64,000 nt of DNA from a virus (IMGVR_UViG_3300027603_000001:1-64000); one strand, 5' to 3'. Counted from the first letter of the stretch, positions 44,852 through 52,422 are shown. Numbers and translations are program-made. Notes: a model not told the origin generated them from the letters alone.

Positions 44852-45123
44852 TATCCTTTGTACGCCTTCTCCAAATGCTCTTGTAACTCCGCTACCCATC
44901 CGACCGGATCAACCGAAGCGGTAAACCGTCCAAGCGTGGTCACATCCTTGCAGGAATTAATCGCTATCTCAATTCCTGTTTCCAGTTCACCTACTCGGTC
45001 TAAAAGCATCTCTAAGTCTTTGTCTTTTACCACGGCCAATGCCCCCACGCGAGTCTTATCCCGACACAATACATAGCCGGAAACCAACCAAAGAACCAGA
45101 CCAGCAACGACGGCCAATACCAT
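44851..45123 (-). CDS. N-terminal-TM + coiled-coil protein
   Basis: Start set at MVLAVVAGLVLWLVS. The upstream part of the track ORF overlaps another frame. Confidence 0.55.
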   Translation of the reverse strand: MVLAVVAGLVLWLVSGYVLCRDKTRVGALAVVKDKDLEMLLDRVGELETGIEIAINSCKDVTTLGRFTASVDPVGWVAELQEHLEKAYKG

Positions 45124-45205
45124 CGCGTCAAAACTGTGTATTTCAACAGAATCGGCATTGGCGCTACCGCTACAATCGCCGTGGTTAGAATGGTTAGTAT
45201 GAACA

Positions 45206-45556
45206 TCACGAATCGTTCTCTGCTTCCAGTTCCCGATACCTGCGCCAGTCCTCACCGAATCGTCCCGTAGGTACGAACTTCGCCTTGCACGCCTCACCTT
45301 TCGCCTTCCCACACCGCGTCAAGCAAATCTCGCAGGTCTGGTTTAGTTCCCGACAAATCCACTCCGCTACGGGTCGCGCAGCAAGGAATAACTCCCCACC
45401 CTCCGCGTCGGTGACGTAGACTAAATCAGTGCCAGCATTACGCGCTTTGTCCGCAAGGTCTACAGAAATGCTGCGCCCACGTATCTCAGCCGCTACCTCA
45501 GTGTAGACTTCGTTAATCCCGAGATTGAAGTCGATTTTATCAGGGTCGGTAATCAT
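45206..45556 (-). CDS. Cys-containing protein
   Basis: Start at ATG 45556 (ATGA coupling). Confidence 0.7.
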   Translation of the reverse strand: MITDPDKIDFNLGINEVYTEVAAEIRGRSISVDLADKARNAGTDLVYVTDAEGGELFLAARPVAEWICRELNQTCEICLTRCGKAKGEACKAKFVPTGRFGEDWRRYRELEAENDS

Positions 45557-45897
45557 CTTCGCTCCATCGCTGGTGTCTCCGCACAATCAAGGCATCCGGC
45601 CATTCCGTATCCTTTGTGTGTTTCGTCAAAGCATACTTTTCGCCCCGTCCCCGGTGTCCCCGGCGCGGTGGTCATATAAGATTCAACCTTGCGCATCTCG
45701 CCCTCGTTCAGGTGCCGCAGTCGCTTTAAGACTGCGCTGACAAAGTAAAGCCGTTGCTTGTTGGCTAACCCGTCCTCGGCATCGTCGATTAGCCACGGTG
45801 CGCGTGTAAAGCCGTCTGCACCTCGTCGGCTTGGGTCTCCCTCGTCTATCACGTCAAAGAGAGCGCATCGAAGGTTTGATAGTTCTGTTGGTGTCAT
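45553..45897 (-). CDS. hypothetical protein
   Basis: 114-aa ORF with SD GGGAG. Confidence 0.7.
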   Translation of the reverse strand: MTPTELSNLRCALFDVIDEGDPSRRGADGFTRAPWLIDDAEDGLANKQRLYFVSAVLKRLRHLNEGEMRKVESYMTTAPGTPGTGRKVCFDETHKGYGMAGCLDCAETPAMERR

Positions 45898-46252
45898 TGT
45901 TCAATCTCCCGCGTTTGTTCACTTTCTTTATGAAGCTATCCGCTTCCACCCTCGCCAAGCCTACCAACATAGCAACATCCAGGTTGCCGATCTTGAGTGT
46001 GTCTATAGGCTCAAGATGGTTAAGAATCGTTTGCGCTGCATATGCCGCCCCACGCTTCCACGCTTCATTTGCAAGCCCCTCTTGAGAGTGGTTGTCAAGT
46101 TGAGAATCGGTTAACGTGTCGAGCCATTGTGTACAGGCAGTCTTATTCATTTCGGCCTCCCGTTTGGCCTGAAGTATCCGATCACATTGCTCACAGTTCG
46201 CAAAGTATACATAACGATGGACTGGACAAAATCTCATAAACGCTTCCCTCAA
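45854..46252 (-). CDS. hypothetical protein (N-terminal Cys cluster)
   Basis: 132-aa ORF. Confidence 0.7.
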   Translation of the reverse strand: MREAFMRFCPVHRYVYFANCEQCDRILQAKREAEMNKTACTQWLDTLTDSQLDNHSQEGLANEAWKRGAAYAAQTILNHLEPIDTLKIGNLDVAMLVGLARVEADSFIKKVNKRGRLNNDTNRTIKPSMRSL

Positions 46253-46479
46253 TCCATGTACTTATTCGCAATCGGCTGCGCGACTTTTGCAAACCGCTGG
46301 GCTGCGTTGATTAACTGCTCACGCTCGCCTTTGGTGTACTCCCATTCGTTGACGTAGAACAGCCACTCAATCAGACGTTTGGTTTCAGCGAGCGAGCTTT
46401 CAACGGTTTCAAAAGTATCGTTTGCGACCGGCGCGGGATGCCTTGTCTTGACGTGTTGCTTGACTGCTAGAAGTGTCAT
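46249..46479 (-). CDS. hypothetical protein
   Basis: Start moved to ATG 46479, overlapping the upstream TGA. Confidence 0.65.
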   Translation of the reverse strand: MTLLAVKQHVKTRHPAPVANDTFETVESSLAETKRLIEWLFYVNEWEYTKGEREQLINAAQRFAKVAQPIANKYMD

Positions 46480-46730
46480 GCCGCCCCCTTGCGACATATT
46501 GCCGCGTATTTCCGAATGCGATCTGCAATGATGATCTCCGCGTCGCCGTGGCTGTTCTCGCGGGCAATGTCCATCACGGCTTGCGTCAAACTTTCCACGC
46601 TCTCGGCTGCGATACAATCGCCGTGACCATCATCCGCGCACACCGGGCAGACTTGCAGGTTACATCGCGGGCACTTGGTGAAGCGTTCGGTATCTTCGCC
46701 GCATTCTTGACAGGCATCAAAGTCAATCAT
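46476..46730 (-). CDS. zinc-ribbon protein
   Basis: CQECG..CPRC..CPVC. Start at ATG 46730 after GGAAGGAAA. Confidence 0.7.
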   Translation of the reverse strand: MIDFDACQECGEDTERFTKCPRCNLQVCPVCADDGHGDCIAAESVESLTQAVMDIARENSHGDAEIIIADRIRKYAAICRKGAA

Positions 46731-46834
46731 GTTCGTTTCCTTCCAGTCCACCAAAGCGCAAGGATAAAGATCACGCCAAACAGAATGATTCCTAGGCGGT
46801 CAAGCCATGTAGCAACTTCAGGTGGACACTGCAT
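46727..46834 (-). CDS. possible 35-aa TM peptide
   Basis: Not in the track. GAGGGG SD. TGA overlaps ATG 46730. It overlaps the 3' end of the upstream gene by 43 nt. Confidence 0.35.
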   Translation of the reverse strand: MQCPPEVATWLDRLGIILFGVIFILALWWTGRKRT

Positions 46835-47103
46835 TTTACAATCCCCTCGTCTATCAGTTCGCCCTTGCGATTGAACCGCATGATCTCGAAGTATTTTATG
46901 CCAGCGGGCGATGTAATTGGACGGCGTAAACGGATACCAGCTCGCACGTTAGCGGGACAAAAGACTTCAACTTGAGCGATGCGCCCGTTTTGCACTAATT
47001 GGACATTGCGCCATTGATTCACAGTCAAACCACCTTCAGGTGTTCTCAGTGCCGCTTGCGCCTGCTCTAAAAGGCTTTTGGGTTCGTAGTAGTGGCTTAT
47101 CAT
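46792..47103 (-). CDS. hypothetical protein
   Basis: Start set to ATG 47103, 2 nt after the upstream TGA. Confidence 0.7.
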   Translation of the reverse strand: MISHYYEPKSLLEQAQAALRTPEGGLTVNQWRNVQLVQNGRIAQVEVFCPANVRAGIRLRRPITSPAGIKYFEIMRFNRKGELIDEGIVKCSVHLKLLHGLTA

Positions 47104-47105
47104 AA

Positions 47106-47276
47106 TCAAACGTCAATCTGTCGCCGGAATACACGAATGAAAGCCTTGCGGCGAACGACCGCCAATCGGGCGATATATTCAGGTGTTGCATGGTTGCGCT
47201 TAGCTTGAAACCATCGCAGGAACAATGCATTTTCAAGGTTGATTGCTTGACGCGCTAATCTTTCCTCTGTTTTCAT
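47106..47276 (-). CDS. 56-aa basic protein
   Basis: Not in the track. Hand-translated, with ATGA overlap to the stop of 47273..47539. It replaces the alternative-frame track ORF 47036..47236. Confidence 0.6.
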   Translation of the reverse strand: MKTEERLARQAINLENALFLRWFQAKRNHATPEYIARLAVVRRKAFIRVFRRQIDV

Positions 47277-47539
47277 ACTAACACCGCTTTCAAGTGAGAT
47301 TTGACCGCCATCCGATACCTTTTAGCTTCCGGGCGATTATGCCAGTCGTTTGACGCGCTGATCGGTGTAAGATGGCCGGTGTGAAAGTTATCAATGCATC
47401 CCGCGACGATTCTGCCGCACTCATCGTAGCTGCGAAATGGCGAGCATTGGTTCTGCGTGCAAGTGGGGCAATAGGTCTTTTCAATGCCAGCGGGAATATC
47501 AAGATTTCCGCCTAAGTATCGTCCGGTGTGTTCGCTCAT
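47273..47539 (-). CDS. Cys/His-rich protein
   Basis: 88-aa ORF with CPTC..C..C..H..H. Confidence 0.7.
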   Translation of the reverse strand: MSEHTGRYLGGNLDIPAGIEKTYCPTCTQNQCSPFRSYDECGRIVAGCIDNFHTGHLTPISASNDWHNRPEAKRYRMAVKSHLKAVLV

Positions 47540-47585
47540 GTTATTTTCTCCTCTACTCTCTAGTGTGATACGAGAATCGAATTGT

Positions 47586-47810
47586 TCAGAGTGTCTTCGC
47601 GGCCCGTTCGATTAGGCGGACACCGCGCTCGTATTCCGGTATCTGAATCTCTGGATGGTAGCCACGATATTTGACAGATTCCAAGTTAGCCCGCTGCTCA
47701 ATTGCGGCCTCGCGGATAAACCGCTTGGCACGTTCGCTACCGTTATCAGCCAGCACTTGCCACGAGTTAAGCCATGATTGCGCATCGTTGAAATTTGGGA
47801 TGAAGCTCAT
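47586..47810 (-). CDS. hypothetical protein
   Basis: 74 aa with SD AGGAGAAAA. Confidence 0.75.
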   Translation of the reverse strand: MSFIPNFNDAQSWLNSWQVLADNGSERAKRFIREAAIEQRANLESVKYRGYHPEIQIPEYERGVRLIERAAKTL

Positions 47811-48131
47811 TGTTTTCTCCTATTTAATTGTGAAGCGTGGTTCGCCGAATTGACCCTCAATGGCAACAATCTTGCCAGCATCGCGCAATCGCACTAAGGC
47901 TTGATTTAAGGGACTCCTCCTGAATTAGTAAAGCATTGAACAAGTGTTACTAGCAGGGTGAAGGGACGAAGCTTGCGCTTTTACAATCAAAACCCCTCAT
48001 GCCGCCAATTGGCCTATATTGTCAACCCTGCTAATAACTCGCTCAGGGATCTAAAGGGCTTTCACCTTACTCCTGAGCGATTCAAAGAACACTGGCCCCT
48101 TGATAACTTAGTAAGACATCGCGGTTAGAAG

Positions 48132-48308
48132 TTAGAGCCATTCGTTTGACTCGAAATAGAGCCAGTCGAGCACGTCTGAAGCGGTGGCCGAATCAACGGC
48201 CCTATTGACCTCGCGGGCGATTAAAGACCGCATGCGCGGTGAGTTTTCTACAGACAAAAGAGTCAGAGCAATGTCCGTCCAGTAGCGATTGAGCGCAGTT
48301 CTTAACAT
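48132..48308 (-). CDS. 58-aa hypothetical protein, first ORF after the minus-strand promoter
   Basis: Not in the track. Hand-translated MLRTALNRYWTDIALTLLSVENSPRMRSLIAREV... with a GAAAGG SD. Confidence 0.5.
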   Translation of the reverse strand: MLRTALNRYWTDIALTLLSVENSPRMRSLIAREVNRAVDSATASDVLDWLYFESNEWL

Positions 48309-48358
48309 AACACCGGCCTTTCTGCGATGCCTTATTCAGTTATCAAAGAACTAGGTGC

Positions 48359-48387
48359 ACAGTACACCTAACAATTACCCCTGTCAA
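48359..48387 (-). promoter_or_regulatory. sigma70-type promoter (minus strand) overlapped by an operator-like palindrome
   Basis: On the minus strand: TTGACA (48387-82), 17 nt, TACTGT (48364-59). GTGCAC-A-GTACAC at 48355-48367 overlaps the -10. Confidence 0.5.
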
Positions 48388-48486
48388 GATAAATCGCCAC
48401 TGTATCTACTGATAGCTTACGGTGTACTTATAAGCTAATCGTATATAGACAAACCACTGAGATTAGTGTACAGTGTACGGCTAATT

Positions 48487-48663
48487 ATGGAGTATCCGTT
48501 AAAGACTTATCGGTTTGATGTGGAGGTACATGCGGCCCTGGCGGAGCTGGCAAAGCGACATGGATCGCCTAACAAGGCTATGCGCAAGGTGCTGAAACTG
48601 AAGACGGCTACTAATGGCGATAGCAACAAAAAGCGTCAACCTAATCCTCGGATGACACCCTGA
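48487..48663 (+). CDS. ribbon-helix-helix regulator
   Basis: MEYPLKTYRFDVEVHAALAELAKRHGSPNKAMRKVL fits strand-helix-helix. It sits among the GTGTAC sites. Confidence 0.6.
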   Translation: MEYPLKTYRFDVEVHAALAELAKRHGSPNKAMRKVLKLKTATNGDSNKKRQPNPRMTP

Positions 48664-48673
48664 CTTTCCCCTA

Positions 48674-48856
48674 CTATTTCACCGGCCAGGTAGCTGCCCG
48701 CTTGTCCCTCGGTCCTTGTATTGCATCCTTGGCCCAACGGGGCCTATCCCAGTTTGGTGCTTGACAAAACGGACACTCTACCGGCCTTGGCAACTCTGAC
48801 CGCCACGATCTTCCGCATCGTAAACATAATCGCCATGTGCCGTTAGGACAGTGCAT
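48674..48856 (-). CDS. zinc-ribbon protein (paralog family C-x2-C..W..P..CP-x-C)
   Basis: LCLRCGRSWRSELPRPVECPFC. The same motif occurs in 49283..49405 and at the C-terminus of 49402..49836. Confidence 0.6.
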   Translation of the reverse strand: MHCPNGTWRLCLRCGRSWRSELPRPVECPFCQAPNWDRPRWAKDAIQGPRDKRAATWPVK

Positions 48857-49023
48857 TGGTTAAGATTACTGCGATTACCCGTACAATTACTAGCCCTTGG
48901 CACGAGAGAGGTAGTAATCCGTAAAGTATCGCCAAAGTGACATTGGGTCATTGCCGCTATAATTAGCCAAAGTAGCGCGAATGCGCCACAGGTAGTCAAC
49001 GTTATAATCATCATCATTATCAT
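48778..49023 (-). CDS. possible N-terminal-TM protein
   Basis: 81-aa track ORF. It overlaps the zinc-ribbon ORF by 79 nt in another frame, so its 3' end is doubtful. Confidence 0.35.
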   Translation of the reverse strand: MIMMMIITLTTCGAFALLWLIIAAMTQCHFGDTLRITTSLVPRASNCTGNRSNLNQCTVLTAHGDYVYDAEDRGGQSCQGR

Positions 49024-49061
49024 AACCTTAACCCACTAGCATGGGCAGCATATAGTGCACA

Positions 49062-49093
49062 CACGATACACACCGTACACGATACACACCGTA
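49062..49093. repeat. perfect tandem duplication, 2 x 16 nt (CACGATACACACCGTA)
   Basis: Read directly from the sequence. It is flanked by GTGCAC (49055-60) and followed by an ATAGCGGTC direct repeat (49102, 49126). Confidence 0.9.
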
Positions 49094-49243
49094 CATGCAG
49101 CATAGCGGTCGCGCCTCACCGCGCTATAGCGGTCAACAGGCACCCTGGCCGCGTGAGTTGTCAGGGCGATCTGGGTAGGCTGGCGGCGTGGGCGGGGGTA
49201 ATACCCCACAGATTAAAATTTTAGGGGTTTTAGAAATTTAGGG

Positions 49244-49272
49244 TTGACGTTGAACGGCGCAAGTGCTATGAT
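49244..49272 (+). promoter_or_regulatory. strong sigma70-type promoter with A/T-rich upstream element
   Basis: TTGACG, 17 nt, TGcTATGAT. An AAAATTTTAGGGGTTTTAGAAATTTAGGG tract lies upstream. ATG 49283 is only about 4 nt from the expected transcription start. Confidence 0.65.
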
Positions 49273-49282
49273 GCTGATGAAT

Positions 49283-49405
49283 ATGACACAAGTGAAACCA
49301 CGTTGGCAACAAAAATGTAAGCGGTGCGGATATCAGTGGGAATCACGGGTTAGGGAGCCGAAGGAGTGTCCTGATTGCAAAGGAAGGATGCGAAAGATTA
49401 AGTGA
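49283..49405 (+). CDS. 40-aa zinc-ribbon protein
   Basis: Not in the track. KCKRCGYQWESRVREPKECPDC. Its TGA overlaps the GTG start of the GIY-YIG gene. Confidence 0.6.
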   Translation: MTQVKPRWQQKCKRCGYQWESRVREPKECPDCKGRMRKIK

Positions 49406-49836
49406 TAGATAAATTACCATTCATAGCCTTAAGCCAGATAAAAAGCTTACCAACTTGTAGTGCGATTTATTTTGTAAGAGATCGCAATGGACAGGTTCTG
49501 TATATCGGAAGAACGGCTAATCTAGCCAACCGTTGGCGAAATCATGCTATTAAAAATCAACTACCAACACCTGACATGGTAGTAATCGCGTGGTTGGAAA
49601 CACCCTTACATAGTTTAAAATCAGACGAGGGTTGGTTTATTCGAGAAATGTGTCCACCTTTAAATATTCAGCGCGGAAATGGCGCTTCTGTTCCAGTGTT
49701 ATCGATTGAAACGGTAAACGGAATAGATATTGCTACGTGTCGATTCTGTCAACTTCGCTGGCAACCACGAGTAGTAACACCGAGGAAGTGCCCAGAGTGT
49801 CAGGGGCGGTGGCCGCTGGGGAGGCCGAAGCAATGA
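49402..49836 (+). CDS. GIY-YIG nuclease fused to a C-terminal zinc ribbon
   Basis: AIYFVRDRNGQVLYIGRTANLANRWRNH...EGWFIREMCPPLN (GIY, YIG, R, E, N), then CRFCQLRWQPRVVTPRKCPEC. AT-rich. Confidence 0.75.
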   Translation: MIDKLPFIALSQIKSLPTCSAIYFVRDRNGQVLYIGRTANLANRWRNHAIKNQLPTPDMVVIAWLETPLHSLKSDEGWFIREMCPPLNIQRGNGASVPVLSIETVNGIDIATCRFCQLRWQPRVVTPRKCPECQGRWPLGRPKQ

Positions 49837-50135
49837 GTATCCAACGAGAGCTTATTAAACGCTTCTTCCCGCAGACCCGTGAGGAATTTAACAAGCATTA
49901 TCCTCGCGCTGAAAGCGGTGGAATGTCTCGGCAGGAGCATATCGACCACGCTATGATTTTGGTTAACGGGGTGCCGGTTGGTAGGCGTCTATGGACTAGG
50001 CTCTATCCCGATGGTGAAACTTGGGACGACTTGATCGGACGACTCAAGCCGTGGCTGAAGGACGACGACGTATTTGCCGAATGGAAGAAGATGGACGCCT
50101 TTGATCGGTTTAACTACTTAACACGTAAAGCATAG
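49833..50135 (+). CDS. hypothetical protein
   Basis: Start moved to ATG 49833 (ATGA coupling). Confidence 0.7.
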   Translation: MSIQRELIKRFFPQTREEFNKHYPRAESGGMSRQEHIDHAMILVNGVPVGRRLWTRLYPDGETWDDLIGRLKPWLKDDDVFAEWKKMDAFDRFNYLTRKA

Positions 50136-50145
50136 AATCGAAGCG

Positions 50146-50364
50146 ATGAAAAAGAAACTAATCAGTTCCCGCGACGACTCACGGGGCAAGAAGGTTGCCG
50201 CCACGGTGACGATCATCCGTGGTGGCGAGATGACGGTGCGGGGACGGAAGCAGATTGCCGGATGGTTGCGGCGGCAGGCCAACTTTCTTGAACGCAACGG
50301 TGAGCGGATGACGGAAGGGTTTACCGCTCGCTGGACGTATGGCGATAAGTTGAAGGGGCGATAA
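50146..50364 (+). CDS. basic hypothetical protein
   Basis: 72-aa ORF. Confidence 0.65.
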   Translation: MKKKLISSRDDSRGKKVAATVTIIRGGEMTVRGRKQIAGWLRRQANFLERNGERMTEGFTARWTYGDKLKGR

Positions 50365-50645
50365 TGAGTAACGTGGTAAGCTTCCAAGACGCCAAAAAGG
50401 CGTTGAGCCCGCATTCCTATGGGCGTGCTTTCTGTCTTGATTGTAAACATGAGTGGATTACGGTGGTGTTATTAGGAACAATTTGGCTGGAATGTCCAGC
50501 CTGTGGATTAACTCGTGGCCGTTTACGTTATCAACACGAGTACGAGGGGCCGCATTGGAATTGCGCATGTGGTAATGATTTGTTTTATGTGATGGAAAGT
50601 AAGGTTTACTGTCCCAACTGCGGAGTGGTGCAATACGGATTATGA
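50364..50645 (+). CDS. double zinc-ribbon protein
   Basis: CLDC..CPAC and CACG..CPNC. Confidence 0.7.
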   Translation: MSNVVSFQDAKKALSPHSYGRAFCLDCKHEWITVVLLGTIWLECPACGLTRGRLRYQHEYEGPHWNCACGNDLFYVMESKVYCPNCGVVQYGL

Positions 50646-50740
50646 TGTGCTCTGGCCTGCGTCATTACTTCGACATCATCGACGGTAAGGTGGTATTGGT
50701 GTGTAGGTGTGGGCGGTACCGTAGAAAGCTAATGGAATAG
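50642..50740 (+). CDS. possible 32-aa Cys-containing peptide
   Basis: ATGA overlap with the upstream stop. Not in the track. Confidence 0.3.
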   Translation: MMCSGLRHYFDIIDGKVVLVCRCGRYRRKLME

Positions 50741-50753
50741 AGGGAGGATAACG

Positions 50754-51035
50754 ATGGGCCGCTATGAATTATTTGTAGCCTTCTTGATAGCCGCGAGCCC
50801 GCTCATCGAATGGTTGACTCCCGATGAGGTCGTTACTTCTATCATGGAGTTGATTAACGCTGGATTTGATGACAATGATCCGGCGAAGGCAGAGCTTTAT
50901 CAAAAACTCCTAAGAAGACTGACGGATCACATAGAGGACGAAGCCGATCTTATGGTTAGGATCAGCGAGCCAGTAGACCGAGAAACATTGGAATTCATGG
51001 ATAGTGTTATGAGCGGCGGACGAGAAGCTGCATAA
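50754..51035 (+). CDS. hypothetical acidic protein
   Basis: 93 aa with SD GGGAGGA. Confidence 0.75.
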   Translation: MGRYELFVAFLIAASPLIEWLTPDEVVTSIMELINAGFDDNDPAKAELYQKLLRRLTDHIEDEADLMVRISEPVDRETLEFMDSVMSGGREAA

Positions 51036-51608
51036 ATGTACGAGCCCTCACCCGATACTACCGAGCTTTGGCAAGGTGATGTAATCAGCCGGATTCACTT
51101 ACCTAGTTACACTTTTACTAGCACAACTTTTTCACATGCTTTCCGCGAAGATGGTACGCCTGAATATAAAGGGCAGTCCACTTCAGGAGCGAAAATATCT
51201 AAAGCGATTGTCCTATCGCAGTGCTGCGAATTCACCGAAGAGAAAAGGCACTGGTTTTCTGTTGCGGAGCTAATCGAGTTTAGAGACTTCACCGAGCAAG
51301 TAACGGCGTTTAATTTAGCCCCGCTCATACCTCTTGATAAGACTGGCGTCAAGTTTCCCTCTTATGAAGAATTGCTGCAATCAAACGTAGTTGCGCCAGA
51401 TCGACATAATGACCTTGTGAATGGCTATGTTTATGACCGGGATGGAAATCATTTAGCACAACCTCATATTGTGGACTTCACGCGCGTGACTTCCCTAAGC
51501 ATGAAGGACAAGGGATATGTGTTGAAACGGAAAATCTTACAACTCGATGAAGCCCACAGAAAAGAGTTTAAGAGAAAGTTGGCGTTCTTCTATTTACGTC
51601 CCGCCTGA
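51036..51608 (+). CDS. hypothetical protein (190 aa), low-GC accessory gene
   Basis: ATG lies directly after the upstream TAA. It is visibly AT-richer than the surrounding genome. I recognised no domain. Confidence 0.8.
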   Translation: MYEPSPDTTELWQGDVISRIHLPSYTFTSTTFSHAFREDGTPEYKGQSTSGAKISKAIVLSQCCEFTEEKRHWFSVAELIEFRDFTEQVTAFNLAPLIPLDKTGVKFPSYEELLQSNVVAPDRHNDLVNGYVYDRDGNHLAQPHIVDFTRVTSLSMKDKGYVLKRKILQLDEAHRKEFKRKLAFFYLRPA

Positions 51609-51657
51609 CACCAGGTTTATAAGGGAGAACTGGGGATTCTCAGTCTCGCCGCTTTTT

Positions 51658-51686
51658 TTGCTCGGAGTCGAGATCGGTGATATAAG
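51658..51686 (+). promoter_or_regulatory. sigma70-type promoter P1 (duplicated module)
   Basis: TTGCTC, 17 nt, TGaTATAAG, preceded by a T7 run. Confidence 0.6.
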
Positions 51687-51798
51687 CCGCTAGTAAGTGG
51701 AGCGGCGCACCACCTACCGATAGCTGTGGGGAGCGTCGCTTTCCAGGGGGGGAAGCCTCTAGGAGCGTCGCAGGCTCGCCGACTTCCTCGCCTTTGTT

Positions 51799-51827
51799 TT
51801 GCTCACCGTTCGGTTTGATGATATAAG
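51799..51827 (+). promoter_or_regulatory. sigma70-type promoter P2 (duplicated module)
   Basis: TTGCTC, 17 nt, TGaTATAAG. This is the same architecture as P1, 141 nt downstream. Confidence 0.6.
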
Positions 51828-51884
51828 CCTGCCGTTCTCCACTTTGCCAGTCAAGGAAACAACCAAAGGGTTGTTTAGGACCTC

Positions 51885-52319
51885 ATGTTTGCTGAGAGAA
51901 GAAGACGCCGCGATTTATTGAATGGAATTGAGGAGGAAAAAGAAAGACTGTCTAAACTCCGAATTCGTGAAGGCGTAGACCTTTCTGATACTCGCAAGGA
52001 ACTACAAGGACGGATCGATGCTTTAACATACTATTTAGCATATTTCGACACACGAGTGCTTCTGGAAAAGGCGACGCGCTACGGCATAGAGGTCCCAGCA
52101 AATCCTGCTTGGTGGAATGATGATGCTTATGCACAATTGCAGGGAGACCTTGTTGAGCGTGCCCTTACGGAATTCGGTCATGCTACCCTTACGAAACTCG
52201 TTCGAGAGGAGCGCCGGAAGAATATTGAGTGGTGGGTCAAGATTATCACCCCAGTGCTTGCGGCTTTAATAAGCGTACTTGGTCTTATAGTCGCTCTAGT
52301 CGCAGTAAGCAGAAAATAG
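51885..52319 (+). CDS. tail-anchored membrane protein with coiled-coil N-domain (moron-like)
   Basis: 144 aa with C-terminal TM WWVKIITPVLAALISVLGLIVALVAV. It has its own promoters and a downstream hairpin plus T-run. Confidence 0.8.
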   Translation: MFAERRRRRDLLNGIEEEKERLSKLRIREGVDLSDTRKELQGRIDALTYYLAYFDTRVLLEKATRYGIEVPANPAWWNDDAYAQLQGDLVERALTEFGHATLTKLVREERRKNIEWWVKIITPVLAALISVLGLIVALVAVSRK

Positions 52320-52352
52320 CCGACAAATCTACCCAAAAAAGTAGCCGCCCAA

Positions 52353-52371
52353 GAGTCCGGTCGGACTTTTT
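52353..52371 (+). terminator. weak intrinsic terminator candidate
   Basis: AGTCC-GGTC-GGACT hairpin (5 bp) followed by TTTTT. Confidence 0.35.
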
Positions 52372-52414
52372 GTGCAGTCTACCGCCTTTTTGTGCAACCG
52401 GGCCTTTCTGTGCA
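52367..52414 (+). repeat. three direct repeats TTT(T/C)TGTGCA
   Basis: Copies at 52367, 52387 and 52405 (spacing 20 and 18 nt), just upstream of ATG 52423. Confidence 0.8.
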
Positions 52415-52422
52415 AAGCCACG

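Noticed and set aside
45027-45209. 60-aa Trp-rich membrane ORF (TGATG-coupled).
   Set aside because: It overlaps 44851..45123 in another frame. Its sequence (RWYWPSLLVWFFGWFPAMY..WGHWPW) looks like an out-of-frame reading of a TM segment. The alternative frame gives a coherent TM plus coiled-coil protein. This remains ambiguous.
47036-47236. 66-aa track ORF.
   Set aside because: A different frame gives a 56-aa ORF (47106..47276) with ATGA coupling at its start and a stop 2 nt before the next ATG.
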